DNA from: Microvirga sp.
Lineage (GTDB): Bacteria > Pseudomonadota > Alphaproteobacteria > Rhizobiales > Beijerinckiaceae
Length of the DNA: 64,000 bases
Direction of reading: 5' to 3'
NCBI GenBank assembly: GCA_041640175.1
Contig: JBEQAU010000020.1
Span: 929-64,928, forward strand
Of this stretch, positions 37,817 through 47,019 are shown one piece after another. The first letter of the stretch is position 1. The number at the start of each line of letters is the position of its first letter. Under the pieces are notes generated by a model. That model made no database searches. It was not told the origin of the DNA and saw nothing but the letters and a program-made list of their open reading frames with translations. The position numbers were made by a program, and so were the translations under genes.

Positions 37817-38017
37817 ATGAGGTATGAAGAGACTCGCCGCTTGCGCGGTATCGAGAGCGCTTGGCTGCGCCTGAAGCTCCGGCTCCGCCCGGCACTCCTG
37901 CGAAACGATCATATCGTCTCGGATCTGAGCCGCCTGTCCGATCATGAGCGGCGCGACATCGGCCTGCCCGATCCAGTCTGCTACATGGATTGGCGAGCCC
38001 TGAAGGATCAGAAGTAG
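37817..38017 (+). CDS. DUF1127 domain-containing small protein
   Basis: 66 aa, arginine-rich. The C-terminal LSRLSDHERRDIGL matches the DUF1127 core (LS.L.D..L.DIGL). Confidence 0.75.
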   Translation: MRYEETRRLRGIESAWLRLKLRLRPALLRNDHIVSDLSRLSDHERRDIGLPDPVCYMDWRALKDQK

Positions 38018-38024
38018 AGAGCAA

Positions 38025-39668
38025 TCAGGATGTCAGGCGGCTCGGCTTGAGCTCTCCGCTCTGCTCCAGGAGAGAGTGGCCGGTAGAAGCGATGTGAGCC
38101 TCGATGCGCTTCAGGTCGCGTACGATATCGAGCTGAAGTGTCCCTGTATCCCCTGCCGTCCGGCCGGACCGGAGCTGATCGAGATGCTTCTGGGCGACCG
38201 CTCGCTCGAGGTCCCGGAAGCGCTCCTTCTCGGAGACGAGCCGGCGGGCCGAGCCGATGTCCTGGAACATGAGGACGGAGGCGGCCAGTTGAAGGTGCTC
38301 CAGCAGCTTGCCATGCATGCTGGTGATGTCGTCGAGGCTGTCCTTCGGCAGGCGCAGGTGGTTCTTGATGCGCTTAGCGGCAAGCTCCATCAGGTTCTTG
38401 TCGATGATGTCGCCCACATGCTCCAGGTTGATCGCGAAGGCGAGAATGTCCGAGAGGCGCTTCGCCTCCGCCTCGCTTAGCGCTTCATGGTTGATGGAGC
38501 TGAGATAACGCCGGATGGCACTGAACAGCCGGTCCAGCACGTCATCCGTGCGGCTGACCTGATCCACGCGGCTGATGTCGTCTTCCCGGAACAGATCCTG
38601 CGAGCTGCGCAACATTGCCTCGACCGTGTCGACCATCCGCAGAACCTCGCGAGCAGCGTTGGACAGTGCGACGGACGGTGTGTCCAGGGCATCCTTGTCC
38701 AGGTATTGCGGCACTCCCGGATCTGACGCCTGAAGCTTTTCCGGGAACAGCCGGACGAGCAGCCTTGCTATCCACGGCAGTGGCAGAATGAAGAGGGCGG
38801 CCAGCGCCACATTGAAGATCGTATGGAAATTCGCCGCCAGGCGCGCCGGATTCGGGTCAATCAGCGTCATGGCCGACAGGATCGGATCAATCAGCGGCAG
38901 CGCGACGATACAGCCGACGACGCGCGTAACCAGATTGCCGACCGGGACCCGGATCTTGGCAGGGTCGCCGCCCATCGCTTCCAGGAACGGATTGAGTGCG
39001 CTGCCGAGATTGGCGCCAAGCACCATGACGATAGCCGCGGGCGCTCCGATGACGCCTGCTCCGGCAAGAGACATGATGAACAGCATCGCGGCCACGCTGG
39101 AATGCGCAATCCAGGCAAGGAAGGCTGACAGGAGCACCAGGATCAGCGGGTCGGACGCGATGGAAGCAAGAAGCTCCTTGAGGATGGCTGAATTCTCAAT
39201 CAGGTGGATCGTCTCGCTCAGCAGACGAAGTGAGAGCAGCATCAGTCCGAGACCGATTGCGACGCGACCCAGGTCCTTCGTCCGGCTCGTCTTTCCCCGC
39301 CGGAAGCCGATGAAGCCCCCGAAGACCAGCACCGGGAAGATCAGCGAAACGTCAAAGGATAGCACCTGCACGATGAGTGTCGTGCCCACATTGGCACCCA
39401 GCATCACGGCCAGGGCCGGAATGATGTCCACCGCCCCTCCGGCCGTGAAGGACGCCACCATCAGGGCCGTAGCCGTGCTGCTCTGGAGAACGGTCGTGAC
39501 CCCTACCCCCGCCAGGAAGGCCTGAAGGCGGTTTCTCAACGCGATTCCCAGGATCCAACGCAGATCGCTGCCGAAAGCGCGCTGCACCCCGCTGTTGACC
39601 ATGGTGATGCCCCAGAGAAGCAGGGCAATCTCACCGAACAGGTGGATCAAGACGGAGGTCGCAGACAT
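38025..39668 (-). CDS. Na/Pi cotransporter family protein with C-terminal PhoU-like domain
   Basis: 547 aa. N-terminal duplicated Na_Pi_cotrans membrane repeats (LQSSTATALMV, GANVGTT / GANLGSALN) and a C-terminal helical PhoU-like region. Confidence 0.85.
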   Translation of the reverse strand: MSATSVLIHLFGEIALLLWGITMVNSGVQRAFGSDLRWILGIALRNRLQAFLAGVGVTTVLQSSTATALMVASFTAGGAVDIIPALAVMLGANVGTTLIVQVLSFDVSLIFPVLVFGGFIGFRRGKTSRTKDLGRVAIGLGLMLLSLRLLSETIHLIENSAILKELLASIASDPLILVLLSAFLAWIAHSSVAAMLFIMSLAGAGVIGAPAAIVMVLGANLGSALNPFLEAMGGDPAKIRVPVGNLVTRVVGCIVALPLIDPILSAMTLIDPNPARLAANFHTIFNVALAALFILPLPWIARLLVRLFPEKLQASDPGVPQYLDKDALDTPSVALSNAAREVLRMVDTVEAMLRSSQDLFREDDISRVDQVSRTDDVLDRLFSAIRRYLSSINHEALSEAEAKRLSDILAFAINLEHVGDIIDKNLMELAAKRIKNHLRLPKDSLDDITSMHGKLLEHLQLAASVLMFQDIGSARRLVSEKERFRDLERAVAQKHLDQLRSGRTAGDTGTLQLDIVRDLKRIEAHIASTGHSLLEQSGELKPSRLTS

Positions 39669-40020
39669 TCAGCCCTCGAAACAGGAAGAATTGGCACAAT
39701 CGATCTGCTTATCCGTCAAGGGCCAAGATCGCAATCAGGTTGCCGGCTAATTATGGCTGTCTGCTGCAGGAGAGCCATGAAATTCCGGAGCACGAGGCGG
39801 AATGGAGCGCAAATTTCTCTGCAGGAGGAGCTAACCCCATTTGCTTAATCAGTTCAAGGATTTGGGCCTGCCTACCCTCCCAGGGATAACCGAATGTCAG
39901 TCTGGAACAATTTAGCTACTCCCAACGCATGCCGTTATCCCCGAAATGACGCCTGCTCTTTTCCACAATTAGCCGGTACGCATGAGTATCCGGCACGGCC
40001 AAGGCTAAAGGGTCGCATTC

Positions 40021-40407
40021 TTGATGGATAGTATCTCATTGGTGAGTATGCGAGGGCGTGAGATGGGTTTGGACGATCCATTTCCAATCGAGAAATGCTC
40101 CGGTCGTGTCCGGGGAGCCATCCTGGCAGAGTTCCAGGGCCGGTGTCCGACGATCCGCGAAGTGGCCAGCATCTCCGATTCCCAGTGGCTGACGGTACCA
40201 AATATCGGCCCGACAACCCTCGAGGAGTTGCGCAGCATGACGCAGCAGCTTCCCAACATGGAAGGAACCGCCTCTTCCGCCAGCAGCATACCGGATAACG
40301 AGCTCCTGTCGCGGCTGAACCGCCTGCAAAGGGAATTGAACATCTTGGTCGCGGAAATACGGACAAGATTGACCAGAACCTCCTCGGGGCGGACACCGCA
40401 GAGGTGA
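40021..40407 (+). CDS. Hypothetical protein with RpoA alpha-CTD-like helix-hairpin-helix segment and C-terminal coiled coil
   Basis: RVRGAILAEF..IREVASISDSQWLTVPNIGPTTLEELRSM parallels the alpha-CTD pattern (R..N.L......I.DL......L...PN.G.KSL.EI). It lies in a lower-GC intergenic islet. Competing minus-strand ORFs carry no recognisable motif. Confidence 0.35.
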   Translation: MMDSISLVSMRGREMGLDDPFPIEKCSGRVRGAILAEFQGRCPTIREVASISDSQWLTVPNIGPTTLEELRSMTQQLPNMEGTASSASSIPDNELLSRLNRLQRELNILVAEIRTRLTRTSSGRTPQR

Positions 40408-40642
40408 TGGCTGCGCTCAAGTTTTTCTGGGTAATCTTCTGTTCATCAGCAACGCCATGAACGATCTTTTGCAATATTATAGCTTAAATGCGAAATAGAT
40501 CTTTCTGCTGAACTTGGTTTGTGCCTCTACGGAAACTTAAGCAGCAATTGACTTTACGTCATGAAAGGCGTTGATGGATCCCCAATAAGGGGTGGCGGCT
40601 CTGACTTCACTGCGCTGGCTCATTCCCATTAGGGGCAAGTGC

Positions 40643-43114
40643 ATGTCTACGGTGGTTCGGGGGCTCGAGTTCGTCATCGACAAGGATGAACGGATCGGCG
40701 ACACCGGTTCCCTATATAGAATTGGGACTCCTGCCGTTAAGTTTCTCGTCGAGCAATTGTCGGATGGCACCCTGCGATTGACGGCCTCCGTTTTCGACAA
40801 CGACGGGGACACGGACGCGGATACTGCCGATCTGCGCGGCATCTTTTTCCACGTGACAGGCATCGACGATAATCCCACGGATGAAAGCTGGCTGGATAAG
40901 CTCTCGGTCACCGGAATAGGCAACTCCGCGTCCCTGATCGACGGGTACATGTTCGACGCCGATGGGGTCGAAGCCTTGTCGGGCAATGGCAACAGCGACA
41001 ACATGAACGGCCGACCCCTCACCCCCTATGATGTGGGAATTGGTATCGGCACGTCCGGCATCGGCCGGGATGACGTGAAGACGATCACCGTCCTCCTCGA
41101 TCACGCCACCGACAACCTGACCCTTGAGCATCTGGCCGAGCAGGGCTTCGGCGCGCGTCTCACCAGCGTCGGCACGGACGGGGCCAAGCGCGATGACAGC
41201 CTCAAGCTTTGGGGATTGGCACCTGTCGCGCCGAATGTTGCGCCTCCCCCAGTGCCGACCGGCTCCCTCTCAGGACGAGTTTGGCTCGATCTCGACAACG
41301 ACGGCATCCAGGATGACGACGGCCAGGAAACCGGCCTTCCCGGCATAGAGGTCAAGCTCATCGATTCCGCGGGTGCGGTCATGTCATCCGTTACGACGGA
41401 TGGCGCGGGCGAGTATCTCTTCAGCGAACTGTCCTTTGGGACCTACAGCGTCCAGTTCGGCAAGGGAACGGACGGTGCGTACCGGTTCACTGGGCAGAAT
41501 GTCGGCTCCGACGATGCTCGGGACAGCGACGCCAATGCTGGTTCCGGCCTCACGAGCTCCTACACGATCACGGAAACTACGAGACATGTCACGGCCGTCG
41601 ATGCCGGCCTGTCCAAGGTGGAAGCCCAGCCTCCCGTCGTAACTCCCCCGCAGGAGATCGGAAATGACGATCTCATTGAAGCGGGCGACGACGACGACTT
41701 CATCCATGGCGGCAGCGGCAACGACGAGATGCAGGGTGAAGGTGGCCACGATACGATCTATGGCGGCACGGACCGCGGCGAGATCGCCCGCAACCCCGGC
41801 AATGGGAAGCTGACCAAGGTTCTCATCGGCGATAATCTCTACGGCAATGACGGCCAGGACACCTATCGCTACGCCAAGGGCGACGGCGTCGACATGATCT
41901 GGGATTTCAGGCCCGGCGACGATGTAATCGAACTCTCGGGCTATTCCCTCAACGACATCAAGGCGACATGGGTCGGCAAGGTTGCAAATTGGATCGACAC
42001 GCCGAAGCACAACAAGCTCTCGCTGGTGTTCAGCGACGGCGGCGCTATCGTCTTCAATGACTACTCGGGACTGGACAGCAGTACGGCCGCAAGCCTCAAG
42101 CTCAGTGACGGCACGGTTGTCACCTTCGCGGATCTGATCGCAATGGCCGGCCGCAAGCCGGCGAACAGCGAAGTCAACGATGAGCAGCAGGTCGCCCTTC
42201 GCAAGTATGAGTGGCGCGACCTCGGCAAGGGTCAGAACGGCTATGGCGGCAATGACCGGGACAAGCTGATCGGCGCCGGCGGTGACGACAATCTCTACGG
42301 CAACGAGGGTGTCAACGGCCTGAACGGCAAAGAGGGCAACGATCAACTGTATGGGGGCAACACCCGCGACGTAATGATCGGTGGTAGCGGGGACGACATC
42401 GGTTACGGCAATGGCGGCGACGACCTGATCGTTGGCGGAGCCGGCTCGGACAGGCTCTACGGCACCGGAGGGGCGGACTACATCTTCGGCGATGAAATGC
42501 CCGAAGGCTTTGTTCTGCCATCCAGCTTCGCCAGCGATCTTCTCTGGCTGCAGGAAGAAGGTACAATCGTCGCTTCATCCAGCATGACGATGGCGAGCAA
42601 TGCCATCAACATCACCGCCTCCGGCACAAATGCCCTCACCCTTACGGGCAATAGCTTGAATAACGTGATGATCGGCAATGCCGGCAAGAACATGATCGCC
42701 GCTGCCGAGGGCGACGACATGGTCTTCGGCGGCTACGGAAACGACACCCTGTCCGGCGGCTCCGGCAAGGACAAGTTTGTGTTCGATCAGAAGCTGGGAA
42801 GTTCCAAGACCGACCGGAAAGTGAACTTCGATACGGTCACCGACTTCAGGGTGAAGGATGACAAGTTCTTCCTCGACAATGCCGTGTTCAAGAAACTCGG
42901 CAAAGGGGCGCTTGATAAGCCGTCTCAGCTGAACAAGAACTTCTTTACTGTCGGCACGCAGGCCAAGGACAAGAACGACTACCTGATCTACAACAAGAAG
43001 ACCGGCGTTCTCTCCTACGATGCCGATGGTTCGGGCTCGAAAGCCAAGGCAGTCGAGTTCGCCAAGATCGATGCCGGCATCAATCTGAAGCACAGCCACA
43101 TCTATCTGATCTGA
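40643..43114 (+). CDS. Large secreted RTX calcium-binding protein with SdrD B-like (Cna-B type) domain
   Basis: ATG 40643 with an AGGGG RBS. No N-terminal signal peptide. SdrD-B-like fold GRVWLDLDNDGIQDDDGQETGLPGIEVKLIDSAGAV...TDGAGEYLFSELSFGTYSVQF. Many GGxGxD nonapeptide repeats (GGSGNDEMQGEGGHDTIYGG, GAGGDDNLYGNEG, GGSGDDIGYGNGGDDLIVGGAGSDRLYG). C-terminal DKFVFD...VTDF...L.YDADGSG..KAVEFAKI module typical of type I secretion substrates. Confidence 0.85.
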   Translation: MSTVVRGLEFVIDKDERIGDTGSLYRIGTPAVKFLVEQLSDGTLRLTASVFDNDGDTDADTADLRGIFFHVTGIDDNPTDESWLDKLSVTGIGNSASLIDGYMFDADGVEALSGNGNSDNMNGRPLTPYDVGIGIGTSGIGRDDVKTITVLLDHATDNLTLEHLAEQGFGARLTSVGTDGAKRDDSLKLWGLAPVAPNVAPPPVPTGSLSGRVWLDLDNDGIQDDDGQETGLPGIEVKLIDSAGAVMSSVTTDGAGEYLFSELSFGTYSVQFGKGTDGAYRFTGQNVGSDDARDSDANAGSGLTSSYTITETTRHVTAVDAGLSKVEAQPPVVTPPQEIGNDDLIEAGDDDDFIHGGSGNDEMQGEGGHDTIYGGTDRGEIARNPGNGKLTKVLIGDNLYGNDGQDTYRYAKGDGVDMIWDFRPGDDVIELSGYSLNDIKATWVGKVANWIDTPKHNKLSLVFSDGGAIVFNDYSGLDSSTAASLKLSDGTVVTFADLIAMAGRKPANSEVNDEQQVALRKYEWRDLGKGQNGYGGNDRDKLIGAGGDDNLYGNEGVNGLNGKEGNDQLYGGNTRDVMIGGSGDDIGYGNGGDDLIVGGAGSDRLYGTGGADYIFGDEMPEGFVLPSSFASDLLWLQEEGTIVASSSMTMASNAINITASGTNALTLTGNSLNNVMIGNAGKNMIAAAEGDDMVFGGYGNDTLSGGSGKDKFVFDQKLGSSKTDRKVNFDTVTDFRVKDDKFFLDNAVFKKLGKGALDKPSQLNKNFFTVGTQAKDKNDYLIYNKKTGVLSYDADGSGSKAKAVEFAKIDAGINLKHSHIYLI

Positions 43115-43146
43115 CGAGACGAGACCCTTCATCATTATAGAGGACG

Positions 43147-43177
43147 AGAAACGCGCAGTGAAAGCGCGTTTCTTTTT
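43147..43177 (+). terminator. Rho-independent terminator after the RTX gene
   Basis: agaaacgcgc / agtgaaa / gcgcgtttct is a perfect 10-bp stem, followed by tttt. Confidence 0.85.
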
Positions 43178-43205
43178 ATGAAGGCAGCGTCTGCGGAAGT
43201 ACCTG

Positions 43206-44258
43206 TCAGATCGTAAAGGGTAATACCGCGCGTGTTCCCGAGTGCTGTCGGTCGAATTCGATGGCGGATTGCAAGTTGGATGCCATGGCCTTCACGATTT
43301 TCGTGCCAAGGCCGCTTCCCTGCACTTCTCCGTCACCCTTCCAGCCGATGCCGTCATCCTCAACGACAAGAATGGCTCGCTCGCCGGAGGATGACAGAGC
43401 TACGCGGATATCGCCGGATGCACCCTCAGGATAGGCATATTTGAAGGCGTTGGTGACGAGTTCCGTCACGATGACGCCGACCGAAACGGCTTTGTCGGTA
43501 GGGATGGAGAGCGGCTCTGCCAGAACCGTGATCGTGTGCACCCGGCCGGCGGCCCGCATGGCCCCTTCCAGTTCCTCGACCAAGCCCTGAAGATAGGTGT
43601 CCATCTCGACGAAACGCACATCGTTCGACGTATAGAGACGGCGATGAATCTGCGATATCGCCGTTATCCGACTTTGGGTTTCGGTCAGAGTATCCCTGGC
43701 GACCGTATCGCTTCCCAGGGCTCTCTGTTGCATGGCCACAAGCGAGGCGACCAATTGCAAGCTGTTGGCGACACGGTGATTGACCTCGCGAAGAAGCATC
43801 TCTGCCCGCTCCCGCGCCTCGCGCATTTCCCGCTCGGCCGCTTCCTTCTCACGTCGGAGGCGGGCGGCCGCAAGCGCCTGCTCGGCAGCCGTGCGGAGGA
43901 GATCAAGGAAAACTCCACCCACATCCTTGATGACGTAATCGGCAGCACCTGCCTTGAGGGCGGCAACGGCGATCCGGCCTTCATCGGCGCCGGTCACATA
44001 GATTACGGGCGGCGGATCGGGGAGCTTGTGAATCTCCGTGAGGACGTCCAGTCCCTCCTTGCCTGGCATGAAATGATCCAGGGCGATCACGTCGAAATGC
44101 TCTACAGCAAGCTGATCCAGACCTTCGTCGCCGCTCAGGGCGTGTCTGACGTGAAAGCCGTGACGTGATAGGGTGCGTACGACGAGCCGACCGAGACCCT
44201 GGTCGTCATCGATGTACAGGAGCCGGATCGGCGGGCTAACTGTATCACCCTCGATCAT
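43206..44258 (-). CDS. Hybrid receiver-histidine kinase (N-terminal REC, HisKA_2-type dimerisation/phosphoacceptor, HATPase_c)
   Basis: 350 aa. REC (LLYIDDDQG ... [10 protein letters not shown] ... PVIYVTG), coiled linker, [20 protein letters not shown] (HisKA_2 H-box) and an ATPase domain with DDGIG and GSGLG. ATGA overlap with the upstream response regulator. Confidence 0.85.
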   Translation of the reverse strand: MIEGDTVSPPIRLLYIDDDQGLGRLVVRTLSRHGFHVRHALSGDEGLDQLAVEHFDVIALDHFMPGKEGLDVLTEIHKLPDPPPVIYVTGADEGRIAVAALKAGAADYVIKDVGGVFLDLLRTAAEQALAAARLRREKEAAEREMREARERAEMLLREVNHRVANSLQLVASLVAMQQRALGSDTVARDTLTETQSRITAISQIHRRLYTSNDVRFVEMDTYLQGLVEELEGAMRAAGRVHTITVLAEPLSIPTDKAVSVGVIVTELVTNAFKYAYPEGASGDIRVALSSSGERAILVVEDDGIGWKGDGEVQGSGLGTKIVKAMASNLQSAIEFDRQHSGTRAVLPFTI

Positions 44259-44686
44259 AGCGTCTCGGGAACCTGGATAACAGACAGGAAAAGCCCCAAC
44301 TGGCGTATCGCTTGCGAGAAGGACTCATACTCAACCGGCTTCGTGATGTAGACGTTGGCGCCCAAGTCGTAACAGCGCTGGATTTCGCGCTGGTCATCGG
44401 TGGTCGTGAGCACAACCACTGGTGCGCGCTTCAATTTCTCATCGTTTTTAATCCGGACCAGAATGTCCACGCCGTTCATGTCCGGCAGGTTCAAGTCCAG
44501 CAGCACGAGAAACGGGCCCGCATTGCGCACGTCTTCGCTGAAAAGGTGCTCCAGAGCACTTGTCCCGCTCGCGAAGGTCCGGATCTCGTTGCAGACGCCT
44601 GCCCGGCGAATGTTCTTCTCGATCAGGCGGGCGTGCCCCTCATCGTCCTCGACCATGATGATGGTGACAGGCTGTTGCTGGGGCAT
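44255..44686 (-). CDS. Single-domain CheY-like response regulator
   Basis: 143 aa. [41 protein letters not shown]. No output domain. Confidence 0.9.
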   Translation of the reverse strand: MPQQQPVTIIMVEDDEGHARLIEKNIRRAGVCNEIRTFASGTSALEHLFSEDVRNAGPFLVLLDLNLPDMNGVDILVRIKNDEKLKRAPVVVLTTTDDQREIQRCYDLGANVYITKPVEYESFSQAIRQLGLFLSVIQVPETL

Positions 44687-46764
44687 TAGGCAGCTTCCGA
44701 ATTCAGGCTGATGTATTTTGGCAGAACGACAGTGAAGGTCGAGCCCTCACCCAGGCGTGATGACACTAAAATCGTGCCGCCGAGCCTTCGCACAAGTGCG
44801 CGCACATGTGCAAGTCCAATGCCTTCTCCCTGCTGGTCCTGCACGCCGGATCGCCGGAACAGATCGAAAATCCGCTCGAAATCCTTGGGATCGATCCCTC
44901 GCCCGTTATCCTCAATCTCGAACTGGACACTTGATCCAAGGTCCCTGCCCCTTATCACGATCTGCCCAGGGCGGCTGGAATCCAGGTACTTGACGGCATT
45001 ATCGATCAGATTCCCGAAAACCTGCTCGATGGCAAAACGATCGCTTGTGAGGTTCGGGACAGCCTCAACGATCAGTCTCGCTCCACGCTCCTGGAGCTGA
45101 TGCGCGACGCTCCGGCTCTGGGCCTCAAGCAGCTGACGCATGGTGAGTGGCTCCGGCACCAGCACGCGCCTCCCCTCACGGGAGAGTTTCAGGATGGCAT
45201 TGATCAGCTTGTCCATTTTGACTGTCGAGGAGCGTATGAACCCGATTGCCTCCGGCAGGTCCGTCTCAACGGCCATTCGGGCTTCCGGTGTGACCAGCTG
45301 AGGATCTTTCCCAAAAACATGCCGATAGAAGCGCTCTACCTCGGCCTGTGCAGCCTCAAGCTCGCTCGTGAACCCCATGACATTGACCAGGGGCGCCCTG
45401 AGATCGTGGCTTACGATATAGGCGAAGCGCTGGATTTCCTCGTTCGCTTCATCCAGCTCAGCCACCCGGTCGGCCAGTATGGACGCAAGCCGCCGTGTCT
45501 CCTCCTGGGCCTGCTTGACCTCGTGAATATCCGTGCAGCTGCCATACCACCGAACGATCCGCCCTATGCTGTCACGTAGCGGCTGCGCCCGCCCGAGAAC
45601 CCAGCGATACTCACCCGAGCGATGCCGTAGCCGGTACTCGATATGGTAGGGCTCGCCTGTTTCCAGACATTGGCGCCAGACCTTCCATGCCATGTCTTGG
45701 TCGTCCGGGTGGAACATGCCGTTCCAACCTTCGCCGTCCGTCGTGCCTTCGGGAACACCTGTGTATTCGTACCAGCGCTGATTGTAGTAGTCGTGGAAAC
45801 CGTTCGGTTGGGTCGCCCAAATCATCTGGTCGATGGAGTTCGCAATGACCCGGAACCGCTCCTCGCTCTCCCGCAAGGCCTCCTCATTGCGCTTCTGCTC
45901 GGTTACGTCGTGGCCCTGGACGAAGATACCTGACACCTTGCCGTCCGGGTTGAAGATCGGCTGATAGACGAAGTCGAGAAAGCGCTCCTCGGAGGCGCCG
46001 CCGGAACTGGATTCCAGGACAATCCTGATGCTCCGGCCGACGAAGGGCTGTCCACTCTGGTATACGCGGTCGAGAAGATCCAGGAATCCCTGCTCGACGA
46101 CCTCGGGCAATGCCTCCCTGACACTCTTCCCAATGATGTTCTCACGGCCGATCAGGCGCATATAGGCGGCGTTTGCCATCGTAAAAACATGGTCCGGACC
46201 ACTGAGAGCTGCCATGAAGCCTGGAGCCTGCTCGAAGAGCCCACGCAGGTGCTGACGCTCCTCGGTCAGGGCCTGATTAGCCTCCTGCACCGCCTGCGCA
46301 CGGCGGAACATGTCCGTCTCGATCAGGGCAGAGGCCCCTGTGGGCAGGCCGGAGCTTTTCGCGAGTACCCTCAAACGCTGAAGCTCTGTCACATCGACCG
46401 TATGCTGGAGGATGAAGGTCATCTCGCCCGCATGATTGAAGAGCGGCGTATGGGTTGCGCTCCAGAAGCGCTCCTCGAAGCCTTGGCCGTTGGGCAGCGG
46501 GATAGCATATTCGATAATGGGAATATGATCGGCCGCCTTATCGCGGATCACCTTCTCAAAAGAATTCCGCAACTGGCGATGGCCGGACGAGTCCGGATCA
46601 CTGGGGAAGGCCTCGAACATGTTGCGCCCGACAAGTTCTTCCCGCTCGCGCATGGTGACCGAGAGATAGGCGTCGTTCATCCCGATGATGTTGAGGGAGA
46701 GATCCAGCAGCACGTAAGGATTGGGGGAGGCGCTGAACAGCGCTTCGAAATTGATCGTCTTCAA
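44686..46764 (-). CDS. Cytoplasmic multi-PAS sensor histidine kinase (HisKA + HATPase_c)
   Basis: 692 aa with no TM segments. At least three PAS/PAC-like modules (for example YRLRHRSGEYRWVLGRAQPLRD). H-box FAYIVSHDLRAPL, N/G boxes DNAVKY, EDNGRGI, GEGIGLA. The stop shares one base with the response-regulator start (TAATG). Confidence 0.9.
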   Translation of the reverse strand: MKTINFEALFSASPNPYVLLDLSLNIIGMNDAYLSVTMREREELVGRNMFEAFPSDPDSSGHRQLRNSFEKVIRDKAADHIPIIEYAIPLPNGQGFEERFWSATHTPLFNHAGEMTFILQHTVDVTELQRLRVLAKSSGLPTGASALIETDMFRRAQAVQEANQALTEERQHLRGLFEQAPGFMAALSGPDHVFTMANAAYMRLIGRENIIGKSVREALPEVVEQGFLDLLDRVYQSGQPFVGRSIRIVLESSSGGASEERFLDFVYQPIFNPDGKVSGIFVQGHDVTEQKRNEEALRESEERFRVIANSIDQMIWATQPNGFHDYYNQRWYEYTGVPEGTTDGEGWNGMFHPDDQDMAWKVWRQCLETGEPYHIEYRLRHRSGEYRWVLGRAQPLRDSIGRIVRWYGSCTDIHEVKQAQEETRRLASILADRVAELDEANEEIQRFAYIVSHDLRAPLVNVMGFTSELEAAQAEVERFYRHVFGKDPQLVTPEARMAVETDLPEAIGFIRSSTVKMDKLINAILKLSREGRRVLVPEPLTMRQLLEAQSRSVAHQLQERGARLIVEAVPNLTSDRFAIEQVFGNLIDNAVKYLDSSRPGQIVIRGRDLGSSVQFEIEDNGRGIDPKDFERIFDLFRRSGVQDQQGEGIGLAHVRALVRRLGGTILVSSRLGEGSTFTVVLPKYISLNSEAA

Positions 46765-47019
46765 GAACTTGCGCTGGACAGCAGCCAGCCTCCCTGTCTG
46801 ATGTCGGACGGAGCTTATGCGTATTTAGGTATGGTTCGGTCGAGAGCCATGGGGGCGCCAAAAGCAATCTTATCTGTGGCCAATCCGACACTCCTGCGCC
46901 GTCATCGCCAATCTGCACCCAGCCCATATGCCCGGATCGCAGCGCAACAAAACCTTGACCACAAGCGTTCCGCTGCGAGGTGGAGGTCCATTCTCTTTGC
47001 GAAACGGAACACAGGGTCG

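Noticed and set aside
39935-40474. 179-aa and 112-aa minus-strand ORFs in the lower-GC islet.
   Set aside because: They have no motifs and are Cys/Arg/Ser-rich. The plus-strand ORF (40021-40407) at least shows an HhH-like pattern and coiled coil, although it too has low confidence.
46189-47019. N-terminal 277 codons of the 784-aa track ORF (ATP-grasp gene).
   Set aside because: This part lies antisense to the 5' half of the PAS kinase gene and has no ATP-grasp-family similarity. The conserved family sequence begins near the ATG at 47020.
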